A DNA stretch of 64,000 bases from the NCBI GenBank assembly GCA_009697505.1, contig SHUD01000003.1, positions 21,919 through 85,918 on the forward strand, in the 5' to 3' direction. This document shows positions 36,921-46,466 of this stretch, piece after piece (the stretch's first letter is position 1; the number at the start of each line of letters is the position of its first letter). The stretch comes from Bryobacterales bacterium (GTDB lineage: Bacteria > Acidobacteriota > Terriglobia > Bryobacterales > Bryobacteraceae). The notes below the pieces were generated by a model. It was not told the origin of the DNA, did no database searches, and saw only the letters and a program-made list of their open reading frames with translations. Both the position numbers and the translations under genes were made by a program.

Positions 36921-37685
36921 ATGAATGCAATCACAATCTTCCGCAAGGAATTGATCAGTTACTTCCGGTCGCCCATTGCCTACGGGGTGATGGCGTTTTT
37001 CGCCCTCATCACAGGTTATTTCTTTTACATCGCCGTGGCGTACTTCGTGCAGATGGGAATTCAAAGCTCCATGATGGGGCAGAGCCAGCCCATGAACGTC
37101 AATGAGTCCGTGATCCAGCCGGTGTTATCGAACATCAGCGTGATCGGGCTATTCATGATTCCCATGATGACCATGCGTTTGTTCGCAGAGGAGAAGCGCA
37201 CGGGCACGATTGAGCTTCTGGTCACTTCGCCGGTAACCGACTGGGAAATCATTATGGGCAAATGGCTGGCGGCGCTGGTGCTGTATGCGTCAATGCTGGG
37301 GCTGTCGCTGCTCAGCATCGCGACGCTATTCCTGTATGGCAGCCCGGACTGGCGGCCGATGCTGGTGGGTTATCTGGGACTGCTGCTGCAAGGCGGGAGC
37401 CTGCTGGCCATCGGGACGTTTATCTCCACCTGCACGCGCAACCAAATTGTGGCAGGCGTGGCCGGCTTCAGCGTGTCCTTGCTTTTGTGGGTGCTGAACT
37501 GGCTCTCCGCGTTCCAGGATTCGGCCGCGGCTAAAGTAGTCGCCTACATGTCGGTGTTGCAGCATTTCGAATCCTTCGCGCGAGGTGTTCTGGATTCCAA
37601 AGACATCCTTTATTATTTGTCAGCGATTTTCATCGGTCTATTTCTGACCGGGCGGTCGCTGGAATCGCTGCGGTGGAGGGCATAA
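36921..37685 (+). CDS. ABC-2 type permease (GldF-like)
   Basis: 254 aa, 6 TM, follows the ATPase. Confidence 0.8.
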   Translation: MNAITIFRKELISYFRSPIAYGVMAFFALITGYFFYIAVAYFVQMGIQSSMMGQSQPMNVNESVIQPVLSNISVIGLFMIPMMTMRLFAEEKRTGTIELLVTSPVTDWEIIMGKWLAALVLYASMLGLSLLSIATLFLYGSPDWRPMLVGYLGLLLQGGSLLAIGTFISTCTRNQIVAGVAGFSVSLLLWVLNWLSAFQDSAAAKVVAYMSVLQHFESFARGVLDSKDILYYLSAIFIGLFLTGRSLESLRWRA

Positions 37686-37688
37686 CGT

Positions 37689-39068
37689 ATGGCGAATCCT
37701 AACTGGATCAAAGCACGGCAGACAAGGTTCGCGGCCTACACCGCCGTTTATGTCCTGATCGTTTTCGGCGTGGTGGGCGTGCTGAATTTCCTGGCCAATC
37801 GTTATAACAAGAGCTACGACGCGACGGCCAACAAGCAATTCAGCCTTTCCGACCAGACCATCAAGATCGCGAGCAACCTGAAGCAGGACGTCACCATTAC
37901 TTACTGGGACCAACCGACGCAATTCGACGCGGCGCGCGGCCTGCTGGACCGCTACAAGAATCTGACCAGCAAGATCAACGTGCAGTATCAGGACGTCGAG
38001 AAGAATCGCACCAAGGCGATTGCGGCCGGCGTAACCCGGCGCGGGGCGGTCCTGATCGATGCCGGCAGCAAACACGAGGAAGCCAAGAGCCTTTCCGAGC
38101 AGGAAGTCACGGGCGCTTTGGTGCGCGCGCTGAAGACGGGGGACAAGAAGATTTGCTTCGTCACCGGCTCTGGTGAGCACGGGCTCGACGACAGCGGTTC
38201 GACCGGATACGCGCAACTGAAGACTCTGATCGAGAACAATAATTACAAAACCCAGACGGCGAACGTGCTGCAGAAGCCGGAGTTGCCCAAGGACTGCACG
38301 ATCGTGGTGGCCGCGGGCCCGTCGCGGGATTATTTGCAGCCGGTGGTCGACGCGCTGAAGAATGCTGTGGAGAGCGGCGGCAAAGCGATTTTCCTGCTGG
38401 ACCCGCCCTTGAAATTCGCCAAGCAAACTTTCGACGAAAACGCCGCGCTGACCAAAGTCCTGGAAGGCTGGGGCGTCACGCTGGATAAGGATCTGGTGAT
38501 CGACACGAGCGGCGTCGGGCAGCTATATGGCCTGGGTCCGGAGATCGCCCTGGTGAGCAGCTACGGGACGCACCCAATCGTGAACGAGATGAAGCGGCTA
38601 TCGGCCGGATTCCCCATCGCGCGGTCGCTGGCGGTTAAGAACGGCGAAAAGACCACGGTGGAGAAACTCTTTGCGACCACCGACGACGCTTTCGCCACGG
38701 CTAACTTGACGCGGGCGGAAATTCAGCAGTCGGCGTCGGACAAGAAAGGCCCGTTGACGCTGGGCGCCGCGGGGACATACAACCTCGGCAAGGAGAGCGC
38801 CAACGGAAGGTTCGTGGTGGTGGGCTCGTCGCTATGGCTCGCCAATAATTATCTGCGGGGACTGGCCGGGAACCGCGATCTCATCATGAACATGCTCAAC
38901 TGGCTGTCCGCGGATGAAGATCTGATATCCATCCGCCCGAAGGAACCGGAAGACCGCCGTCTGACGATGTCGCGGACCCAGATGACCATGGTGTTCTACG
39001 CCAGCGTGCTGGCAATTCCGTTGCTGGTGCTGGCCGCGGGCCTGGGCGTGTGGTGGCAGCGAAGGTAG
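37689..39068 (+). CDS. GldG-family ABC auxiliary protein
   Basis: N- and C-terminal TM anchors, GldG-like blocks (ICFVTGSGEH, LNWL) and position after the ABC-2 permease. Confidence 0.75.
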   Translation: MANPNWIKARQTRFAAYTAVYVLIVFGVVGVLNFLANRYNKSYDATANKQFSLSDQTIKIASNLKQDVTITYWDQPTQFDAARGLLDRYKNLTSKINVQYQDVEKNRTKAIAAGVTRRGAVLIDAGSKHEEAKSLSEQEVTGALVRALKTGDKKICFVTGSGEHGLDDSGSTGYAQLKTLIENNNYKTQTANVLQKPELPKDCTIVVAAGPSRDYLQPVVDALKNAVESGGKAIFLLDPPLKFAKQTFDENAALTKVLEGWGVTLDKDLVIDTSGVGQLYGLGPEIALVSSYGTHPIVNEMKRLSAGFPIARSLAVKNGEKTTVEKLFATTDDAFATANLTRAEIQQSASDKKGPLTLGAAGTYNLGKESANGRFVVVGSSLWLANNYLRGLAGNRDLIMNMLNWLSADEDLISIRPKEPEDRRLTMSRTQMTMVFYASVLAIPLLVLAAGLGVWWQRR

Positions 39069-39080
39069 GGTTTTAAAGAT

Positions 39081-40418
39081 ATGAAGCTGGGACGGATGTT
39101 GACGGCCGCCTTTCTGCTGGCGGTTTTAGGGATTGTGGTTTGGTGGTCGAACCAGCAGGAGAAGGAAAAAGAAGGCAAGCCCGCGTCGGATGCGGCTCCG
39201 CGAATCCTGGAGATCCCGCCCGCTAGTGTGAAGGAAGTCCAGATTCAGCGCCGTGGCGAAGGGCCCACCACGGTTCAGCTCAACGACAAGGGGAATTGGG
39301 TGCTCACGCAGCCCAAGCCGTTCCAGGCGGATTCGGCGGCCGTGGCGGGCATCACCAACACCACAGTCAAGCTGGACTCCCAACGGCTGGTCGATCCGAA
39401 TGCCACCGATCTGGCTTCGTACGGTCTGGCTCCGGCGATGCTGGAAGTCAAGATCACGCAGAATGACGGCAAGGCGACCAAGTTGTTGATCGGGGAAAAC
39501 ACGCCCGCCAACGATGCGGTCTACGTGAAGCTGGATGGCGATCCACGGCTGTTCACATTTAATACGACAAATAAGATCGCCCTCAATAAGGACTTCAAGG
39601 ATTTGCGCGACCGGCATTTGTTCAATTTCGCGCAGGATAAGGTGAGCAAGATCGAAGTCACGGCGCGCAATCAGAATTTCGAACTCAGCAAGCCCAGCGA
39701 CGCCGACTGGCAAATCAGCAAGCCCAAGGCGATGCGGGCCGACAGCATACAAGTGGACGAGCTGATCACCAAGCTGAAGAACGCGTCGATGGATGCGAAC
39801 TTCAGCGACGACGACGCCAAGAAAGCCGCGGCGGCGTTTGGCGGAGCCTCTCCTGTCGCAGTCGCCAAGGTGACCGATCCCGGCGGGGTCAAGACCTTTG
39901 AGGTTCGCAAGGCGAAAGAAGACTTCTATGCCAAGTCGAGCACGCTCGAAGGCATCTACAAAGTGGGCAAAGACGTGGCCGACGGAGTGGACAAGCCGGC
40001 GAACGATTACCGCAACAAGAAAGTTTTCGATTTCGGGTTCGGTGAACTCACACACGTCGACGTGATCGATGGCGCCAGATCTTCCATCTTCGACAAAACC
40101 GGCGACGCCTGGCTGTCTGCCGGCAAGAAGATGGATTCCACCAGCTTGCAGGCGTTCACCGACAAGCTGCGGGATCTGACGGCATCCAAGTTCGCCGATA
40201 CCGGATTCGGAACGCCCGCGGTCACCATCACCGTGGTCTCCAATCAAGGTAAGCACCGCGAGAAAGTGGAAATCGCGCCCATGGCCTCCGGCGGCAACTT
40301 CCTGGCGCGGCACGACGGCGATGCGTCATTCTATGAACTAGAGGCGAACACGGTAAAGGAATTGCGTCAAGCTTCGGGCGACGTGCGCGAAGCTCAGCCG
40401 GAGAAGAAGAAAAAATAG
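39081..40418 (+). CDS. DUF4340-like protein (fourth gene of the GldG-type cluster)
   Basis: N-terminal anchor and a 445 aa periplasmic repeat-like protein in the canonical position. Confidence 0.65.
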   Translation: MKLGRMLTAAFLLAVLGIVVWWSNQQEKEKEGKPASDAAPRILEIPPASVKEVQIQRRGEGPTTVQLNDKGNWVLTQPKPFQADSAAVAGITNTTVKLDSQRLVDPNATDLASYGLAPAMLEVKITQNDGKATKLLIGENTPANDAVYVKLDGDPRLFTFNTTNKIALNKDFKDLRDRHLFNFAQDKVSKIEVTARNQNFELSKPSDADWQISKPKAMRADSIQVDELITKLKNASMDANFSDDDAKKAAAAFGGASPVAVAKVTDPGGVKTFEVRKAKEDFYAKSSTLEGIYKVGKDVADGVDKPANDYRNKKVFDFGFGELTHVDVIDGARSSIFDKTGDAWLSAGKKMDSTSLQAFTDKLRDLTASKFADTGFGTPAVTITVVSNQGKHREKVEIAPMASGGNFLARHDGDASFYELEANTVKELRQASGDVREAQPEKKKK

Positions 40419-41752
40419 TGGCCCTAGGCCTGGTCACGGACCTGTATCAGCTCACCATGGCTGCCGGCTACTTCGAAGCCGGGAAAGCGCGGGACCGGGC
40501 CACGTTCGAACTCTCCGTGCGGCGGCTGCCGCAAAATCGCAACTTCATCTTGACGGCAGGACTGGCGCAAGCCGTCGACTACCTGCTCAATTTCCGCATC
40601 ACGCCGGAGGAGATCGCCTACCTGCGCGGCATCCCGCAATTCCGTTACGCCAGCAACGCCTTTTTCGACATGCTGGCGGAATTGCGCTTCACGGGCGATC
40701 TGTTCGCGGTGCCGGAGGGGACTCCGGTATTCGCGGGCGAGCCGTTCCTGACGGTGCGAGCGCCGATCATCGAAGCGCAGATCCCGGAAACGTATTTGCT
40801 GGCGATGGTCGGCTTTCAATCGTCGATTGCGACGAAAGCGGCACGCGTCGTCAAAGCAGCTTTGGGGCGCGATGTAATCGAATTCGGCACCCGGCGCGCG
40901 CATTCTCCTGAAGCGGGCGTGCTGGCCGGGCGCGCAGCTTACATCGGAGGCTGCGTGGGAACCAGCAACGCCGAAACCGGGTTCCGCTACAAGGTGCACG
41001 TGTTCGGGACTGCCGCGCATTCCTGGGTGATGTCGTTCGCCAGCGAGCGGACCGCATACGAACAACTGCAAAAGCTGCTGCGGGAACGGACCGTCCACTT
41101 GATCGACACCTACGACACGTTGGAGGGCGCGAAACTCGCCGCATCGATCGGGAAGCCGCTGTGGGGCGTGCGCTTGGACAGCGGCAATCTGATTGAACTG
41201 GCCCCCGCCGTGCGCAAAATTTTGGATGACGCGGGTTTGCCGGACGCCAAGATCATGGCGACGGGTGATCTGAATGAACACAAGATTCACGAGCTGGTGG
41301 CCGCGCGCGCTCCCATTGACGTGTTCGGGGTAGGAACGGATCTGGCGACGTCATCGGACGCGCCGTCGCTGGGCGTGATTTACAAAATGGTGGAGATGGA
41401 GACGGAGCAGGAACATCGCTACACGGCGAAGTTCAGTCACGAGAAGCACTCGCTGCCTGGAGCCAAGCAGATTTTCCGGTTCGCGGATCACGATGTGCTG
41501 GGGCGGTCGACCGAATGTATTTCTTGTGCGGACGATGGCGTGGAGGCGTTGCAGCGGCCGGTAATTCTGGGCGGCAAGCTCGTGGAGCTGCTGCCAACGG
41601 CGGCGCAGGCCCGGCAGAAAGCGATCGAGCGCTTGGCGCGGCTACCCGCACCGTGCCACAGCCTGTTTGAGGCGAAGGACGCCTGGCGCGTGGAATTAAG
41701 CCATGAATTGCAAGAACTTGACGAGCGTGTTCGCAAGGAGTTGGGCGGGTGA
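40418..41752 (+). CDS. pncB: Nicotinate phosphoribosyltransferase
   Basis: LVTDLYQLTMAAGYF N-terminus, 444 aa. The GTG start overlaps the previous stop by 1 nt. Confidence 0.9.
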   Translation: MALGLVTDLYQLTMAAGYFEAGKARDRATFELSVRRLPQNRNFILTAGLAQAVDYLLNFRITPEEIAYLRGIPQFRYASNAFFDMLAELRFTGDLFAVPEGTPVFAGEPFLTVRAPIIEAQIPETYLLAMVGFQSSIATKAARVVKAALGRDVIEFGTRRAHSPEAGVLAGRAAYIGGCVGTSNAETGFRYKVHVFGTAAHSWVMSFASERTAYEQLQKLLRERTVHLIDTYDTLEGAKLAASIGKPLWGVRLDSGNLIELAPAVRKILDDAGLPDAKIMATGDLNEHKIHELVAARAPIDVFGVGTDLATSSDAPSLGVIYKMVEMETEQEHRYTAKFSHEKHSLPGAKQIFRFADHDVLGRSTECISCADDGVEALQRPVILGGKLVELLPTAAQARQKAIERLARLPAPCHSLFEAKDAWRVELSHELQELDERVRKELGG

Positions 41753-42348
41753 AGACGGTCTTTGTTGACGTCGACACGCAGCTTGATTTTCTGTATCCAT
41801 CGGGCGCGCTGTACGTGCCGGGAGCGGAGAAAATCGTCGAGCAGATCGCGTCGGTGAACCGTTTCGCGGGCGCACATGGGATTCCCGTGATCTCCACCAT
41901 GGACGCGCACGCCGAGAACGATCCTGAATTTCAAGGTTGGCCGGCGCATTGCGTGGCCGGAACGCTCGGGCAACAGAAACCGGCTGCGACGTTGCTCGAG
42001 CGCAGAGTGGTGGTTGCGAACCGGCCCGGCGCGATAGCGATCGACGGCGCACAGCAGATTTTGCTTGAAAAGCAGGTACTCGACTGCTTCAGCAATGTGC
42101 ATCTGAACGGGATTTTGGACCAGTTGGGCGCGGAACGCTACGTGGTCTACGGCGTGGTCACCGAAATCTGCGTGAAATTCGCGGCGGAGGGACTGCTGAA
42201 GACCGGCAGGCGGGTCGAATTGGTCACGGATGCAGTTCGCGGACTCAACGATTCGGCAGTCGCGGAAATGACCACGGGGTTTGTGACACGAGGCGGCTTG
42301 CTGACCACGGTGGCGGACGTAACGGCGTCCCAAGGCCGGCGGGTGTAA
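41749..42348 (+). CDS. pncA: Nicotinamidase / isochorismatase-family hydrolase
   Basis: VFVDVDTQLDF (Asp) and a catalytic Cys in VVTEICV. It overlaps pncB by 4 nt. Confidence 0.85.
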   Translation: MKTVFVDVDTQLDFLYPSGALYVPGAEKIVEQIASVNRFAGAHGIPVISTMDAHAENDPEFQGWPAHCVAGTLGQQKPAATLLERRVVVANRPGAIAIDGAQQILLEKQVLDCFSNVHLNGILDQLGAERYVVYGVVTEICVKFAAEGLLKTGRRVELVTDAVRGLNDSAVAEMTTGFVTRGGLLTTVADVTASQGRRV

Positions 42349-42357
42349 AATCGAGGC

Positions 42358-42900
42358 ATGAGCACCAAGACGCTCACAACAGCCGCTGAGCTGGAACAGA
42401 TGCCCGACGACGATTCGGTGCGCACCGAATTGGACCAAGGGGAACTCATCACGATGCCTCCGGCTGGATTGGATCACTGCGATTGTGGCGCTGAGATCAC
42501 GCGTTTACTGGGGAATTTTGTTAGGGAGCATGCCCTCGGTAAGGTCTATAGCGGAGAAGCCGGCTTCCGATTGAGCGACGACACCGTGCGCGCCCCCGGC
42601 GTGGCGTTTGTCCGTAAGGAGCGCGTAGCCACGGTTCATCGCCGGGGTTTCGGCGTGGGCGCTCCGGACCTGGCCGTCGAAAGTTTCTCGCCTAACGATA
42701 GCGTCCGGCAACTGATGCGCAAGGTAAAACAGTATTTCGCGGCGGGCTGCCACACGGTGTGGATCGTGTATCCGGACCGCCGCGAGATCCAGATTCTCGA
42801 CGCCAAGGGCACGGACCGGCTGCTCGGCCCCGAGGACACGCTCGAAGCGCCCGAACTTCTGCCCGGATTTTCCGCGCCTGTTGCTCCGATTTTCGGCTGA
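42358..42900 (+). CDS. Uma2-family (DUF820) endonuclease-like protein
   Basis: ELDQGELITMPPAG, the GAPDLAVESFSPND (D..E) motif and KQYFAAGCHTVWIVYP. Confidence 0.8.
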   Translation: MSTKTLTTAAELEQMPDDDSVRTELDQGELITMPPAGLDHCDCGAEITRLLGNFVREHALGKVYSGEAGFRLSDDTVRAPGVAFVRKERVATVHRRGFGVGAPDLAVESFSPNDSVRQLMRKVKQYFAAGCHTVWIVYPDRREIQILDAKGTDRLLGPEDTLEAPELLPGFSAPVAPIFG

Positions 42901-42968
42901 ACCACTTGGGATATAATTTTGGGGACGCTGCCACATGTGACCGGCAAAGTCATGGAAGGGGAATATCT

Positions 42969-43811
42969 ATGAAATCTATAATCGCGCTCGCGGCACTGCT
43001 CGCGATGGCTATCGTGATGACCGGAGCCGGCGTTTCCGCGCCGGCGATTTATGTGGACCACAACAAAGTCAATGCGACTTTTGGAGCCAGGGGAGCGGGC
43101 AACACGGGATCAATCACCGGTTCGCCGATCCGCACGGTTGGCAATACGCGCAGCAAGCCCGGAGAGTCCGAAATTCACGAGAACGTCGCCGACGTTTTCA
43201 TGGTGATGGAAGGCGGCTCGACGTTCGTAATGGGCGGAACCGTGACCGGCGGCAAGACCACGGCTCCCGGCGAAATCAAAGGTACGGGCGTCCAGGGCGG
43301 AAAGACAGTTCAATTGAGCAAGGGCGACGTCGTGATCGTTCCGGCGGGCGTGGCTCACTGGCACAAAGAAGTTGCCAAGTCGATCACCTATTACACGGTG
43401 AAAGTGCCGAAGTCGGCGGCCGCGCCGGGCGGTGGAGAAGCCGTGTATGTCTCCCACGACAAAGTGAACATGGCGTTCGGCAAACGGGAAGGCGGCAACG
43501 CCGGCCGTATCGCCACGTCGCCGATCCGCGTGGTTGGCAATCAGCGCAACACGCCGGGCGAATCCGAAATTCACGAGAACGTCGCCGACGTGTTCATGGT
43601 GATGGAAGGCGGCTCCACGTTCGTGAGCGGCGGGACGGTAGTGGGCGGCAAGACGACGGCTCCGGGCGAGATCAAGGGGACGAGCGTCCAGGGCGGCGAG
43701 ACCCGTCAGCTCAGCAAGGGCGATGTGGTCGTGGTCCCGGCGGGCGTTCCGCACTGGCACAAGGCCGTTTCCGGGTCGATCGTGTACTACACGGTCAAAG
43801 TTCCTAAATAG
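42969..43811 (+). CDS. Secreted tandem-duplicated cupin (bicupin) protein
   Basis: ATG 42969 with signal peptide MKSIIALAALLAMAIVMTGAGVSA. Two 132 aa units each contain ESEIHENVADVFMVMEGGSTF...KGDVV.VPAGV.HWHK. Confidence 0.65.
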   Translation: MKSIIALAALLAMAIVMTGAGVSAPAIYVDHNKVNATFGARGAGNTGSITGSPIRTVGNTRSKPGESEIHENVADVFMVMEGGSTFVMGGTVTGGKTTAPGEIKGTGVQGGKTVQLSKGDVVIVPAGVAHWHKEVAKSITYYTVKVPKSAAAPGGGEAVYVSHDKVNMAFGKREGGNAGRIATSPIRVVGNQRNTPGESEIHENVADVFMVMEGGSTFVSGGTVVGGKTTAPGEIKGTSVQGGETRQLSKGDVVVVPAGVPHWHKAVSGSIVYYTVKVPK

Positions 43812-43832
43812 AAACTCACTGTAGTTTTTGGT

Positions 43833-43873
43833 GGCCCCTCCAGTCCTAACCGGGATTGCGAGGGGCCTTTTTG
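43833..43873 (+). terminator. Terminator-like hairpin overlapping the 3' end of the convergent antiporter gene
   Basis: An 8 bp stem GGCCCCTC / GAGGGGCC with a 19 nt loop, followed by TTTTTG. Confidence 0.35.
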
Positions 43874-45132
43874 TTTCCACGTTCCAAGACCAGCTTCAGC
43901 AGTGGCGGAGCGCTCAAGTCGCAGAGCAGGATTGCCAGCACGAGGGCGGAAAACGTGGCCGCAGAGACAACCGGCGTTCCTCCCAGCATGAGCGTGGCGC
44001 CCATTCCCGCAAAGATGAGGCCGACTTCGCCGCGTGGGATCATGCCGATTCCGATGGCTAGCCGGTTCACGCCGCGTTCCCGCGTTCCCCATCCGCAGAT
44101 CAGCTTGCCGGTAATTGCCGCCACGGCGGTCAACGCGGCAAGGCCCAGCACGGACGGGGACGCGAAGCTCCTCAGATCCACGCGGAAACCCATCATCACG
44201 AAAAACACAGGAACGATGAGAGTGGTGATGGGAAAGAGTAGTTCTTCGACCTTGCGTTCGCCGCGCTCGCGGAAGGGATGGTAGTGGACTTCGTCCAAGA
44301 CCACGCCGGCGGCAAAAGCGCCGACCATCGGCGCGAGGCCGGCGAAACCGGCAATGGCGGAGACCAAGAAGCAGAAGCACACGCACAAGCCCAAGAGCAC
44401 TCCGGGAACTTTCAATTTGGCGGCGTAAAGGAAAACGCGCTGCGACCAGAAACGGCCAATGACCACCGCCACCATCAAGAACAGCAAGGCCTTGCTGACA
44501 ATCCAAGCGACGGCGCCTAAGCTGAAGCCTCCTGTTGCGGAACCCGCTTTGGCGGCCGTCACCAGGCCGCTGACCACAGCGAGCACTACCAGTCCGATCA
44601 CATCATCAGCCACCGCTGCGCCTAGTATGATGCGGGCTTCCTTGGTGTTGGATTTTCCGAGGTCTTTTAATACGCGGGCAGTGATGCCGACGCTGGTGGC
44701 GGTGAGCGTACCGCCGACGAACAGGTGAGTCAGCCAGCTCGCGTCCGGCAAGAGCACGGCGGAAACGATGTAGCCCAGGGCGAGCGGTGCGATGACGCCC
44801 ACCGCCGCTACCAGCAGCGACGACCAGCCCACGGCCAGCAACTGCATCAGATCCGACTCGACGCCGACTTCAAACAGCAGCAGGATAGCCCCGATTTCGG
44901 CCAGCAGGCGCAGCATCTCGCTGGTACGCAGCGGCTCCAGCGCAGTAACTCCGAACAACGGAAGGTTGCCCAGCACGACGCCCATCAGCAGTTCGCCCAG
45001 TACCGGGGGCTGTCCCAACCGCCCGAGCAACTCGCCTCCGAGTTTCGCTGCGACGACGTTGAGCGCCAGGACCAACAACGCCTGGCGCATCATTTCTCCG
45101 GAATCGATTACGAGTGTCAAGACGGGCCGCAT
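43846..45132 (-). CDS. Cation:proton antiporter (CPA2/Kef-type Na+/H+ exchanger family)
   Basis: 428 aa, about 12 TM, with LGQPPVLGELLMGVVLG near the N-terminus. Confidence 0.85.
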   Translation of the reverse strand: MRPVLTLVIDSGEMMRQALLVLALNVVAAKLGGELLGRLGQPPVLGELLMGVVLGNLPLFGVTALEPLRTSEMLRLLAEIGAILLLFEVGVESDLMQLLAVGWSSLLVAAVGVIAPLALGYIVSAVLLPDASWLTHLFVGGTLTATSVGITARVLKDLGKSNTKEARIILGAAVADDVIGLVVLAVVSGLVTAAKAGSATGGFSLGAVAWIVSKALLFLMVAVVIGRFWSQRVFLYAAKLKVPGVLLGLCVCFCFLVSAIAGFAGLAPMVGAFAAGVVLDEVHYHPFRERGERKVEELLFPITTLIVPVFFVMMGFRVDLRSFASPSVLGLAALTAVAAITGKLICGWGTRERGVNRLAIGIGMIPRGEVGLIFAGMGATLMLGGTPVVSAATFSALVLAILLCDLSAPPLLKLVLERGNKKAPRNPG

Positions 45133-45341
45133 TCACGCTACCATCAGACGCCGCACGACCCTAACGTTCGTGGGTTTCGCCGCCAGCGGACTGGGCGAGC
45201 AGGGAATCTGTGGATATTTGTAGTCTAGCCGCCGGACATTTTTCTGTCCAATCAATAATTTCAATTGCAACACAAGCAAATTTAAATGAGGTCTAACCGA
45301 TAGACCCGGTGTAAACATGCCGTGTGAGGTACCATGGCCGC

Positions 45342-46466
45342 ATGCGACTCTCCGCGATTTTGGGTGCCACCCTCTTTCTTGCATGCGCAGCGTTCGCCGA
45401 TGATGGCCAGCGCGTTCTAAGCGTCGATCATTATGTGCCGCTGCGTTCGACCGCGCCGGGGTCCACTGGCCAAACGACAACGATATACGTGCGTGAACTG
45501 GTGCAGGCGGGGATGAGCTTGCGCGGAGCGACGCCGGCCGAACATGTAGCTTTGTTCATTCACGGCGCTGGCACTCCGGCGGAAGTCGCGTTCGATGTGC
45601 CGCATCAGGATTACAGTTGGATGGGTTTTCTGGCTCGTGCCGGATTCGATGTGTTCTCGATGGATATGACCGGCTACGGACGCTCGACGCGTCCAGAAGC
45701 CATGAACGATCCCTGCAATCTGTCGAAGGAGCAGCAGGCGGCTTTCATTCCCAGCCTGATTCCCTCCCCTTGCAGCCCGCGCAACGCGCGCCCGCTCACG
45801 ACCATCGCCTCCGATTGGGACGACATTGACGCGGTAGTGAATCACATCCGCACGCTGCGGCGCGTGGATAAGATTAGCCTCCTGGGTTGGTCGCAGGGCG
45901 GACCACGAGCGGGAGGATACGCCGCGCGTAATCCGGAGAAAGTTTTGAAGCTCGTGCTGCTCGCGCCGGCCTACAATCGCGCAATGCCGCTGGAACAACC
46001 GGCGGGTGCGTTCACCGCGGCGCCGATGAACACGCAGTCGCGCGCGGAGTTCGTCGCCAATTGGGACCGCCAGGTGGGTTGCTCGGAGCAGTATCAGCCG
46101 GGGACCAGCGAAACCGTGTGGACGGAAATGATCCTCTCGGATCCGCAAGGGGCAACCTGGGGCACCGGCGTGCGCCGCGCGCCCACCGTACCAACGTGGG
46201 GCTGGAACCAGTCCGTGGTTTCCAAAATGCAGGTGCCGACGCTGATGATCTCCGGGGTCCACGACAAGCAAGTTCCGCTCGAGCGCGTGCGTGACCTGTA
46301 TCAGGATATCGGCGCGGCCAAGAAGGTGTTCATCGATCTGGCGTGCTCCTCGCACAATGCCATGTGGGAGAAGAACCATATCCTGATGTTCCGCGCATCG
46401 CTGGAGTGGCTGACTACGACGACCGTCAACGGCCAGCCGGAGGGCATGCAGCGGCTGGGGTATTAG
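45342..46466 (+). CDS. Secreted alpha/beta-fold hydrolase
   Basis: ATG 45342 with signal MRLSAILGATLFLACAAFA. LFIHGAG and the nucleophile elbow-like LLGWSQGG. Confidence 0.75.
   Translation: MRLSAILGATLFLACAAFADDGQRVLSVDHYVPLRSTAPGSTGQTTTIYVRELVQAGMSLRGATPAEHVALFIHGAGTPAEVAFDVPHQDYSWMGFLARAGFDVFSMDMTGYGRSTRPEAMNDPCNLSKEQQAAFIPSLIPSPCSPRNARPLTTIASDWDDIDAVVNHIRTLRRVDKISLLGWSQGGPRAGGYAARNPEKVLKLVLLAPAYNRAMPLEQPAGAFTAAPMNTQSRAEFVANWDRQVGCSEQYQPGTSETVWTEMILSDPQGATWGTGVRRAPTVPTWGWNQSVVSKMQVPTLMISGVHDKQVPLERVRDLYQDIGAAKKVFIDLACSSHNAMWEKNHILMFRASLEWLTTTTVNGQPEGMQRLGY

Noticed and set aside
39126-40313. 395 aa ORF antisense to the DUF4340-like gene
   Set aside because: Antisense artefact. The sense ORF fits the conserved four-gene ABC/GldG cluster.
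41488-42477. 329 aa ORF antisense to pncB/pncA
   Set aside because: It overlaps two clearly identified salvage genes, so it is an antisense artefact.
42759-42968. 70-codon N-terminal extension of the bicupin ORF
   Set aside because: The extension is Arg/Pro-rich and overlaps the Uma2 gene end. A signal peptide begins at ATG 42969.
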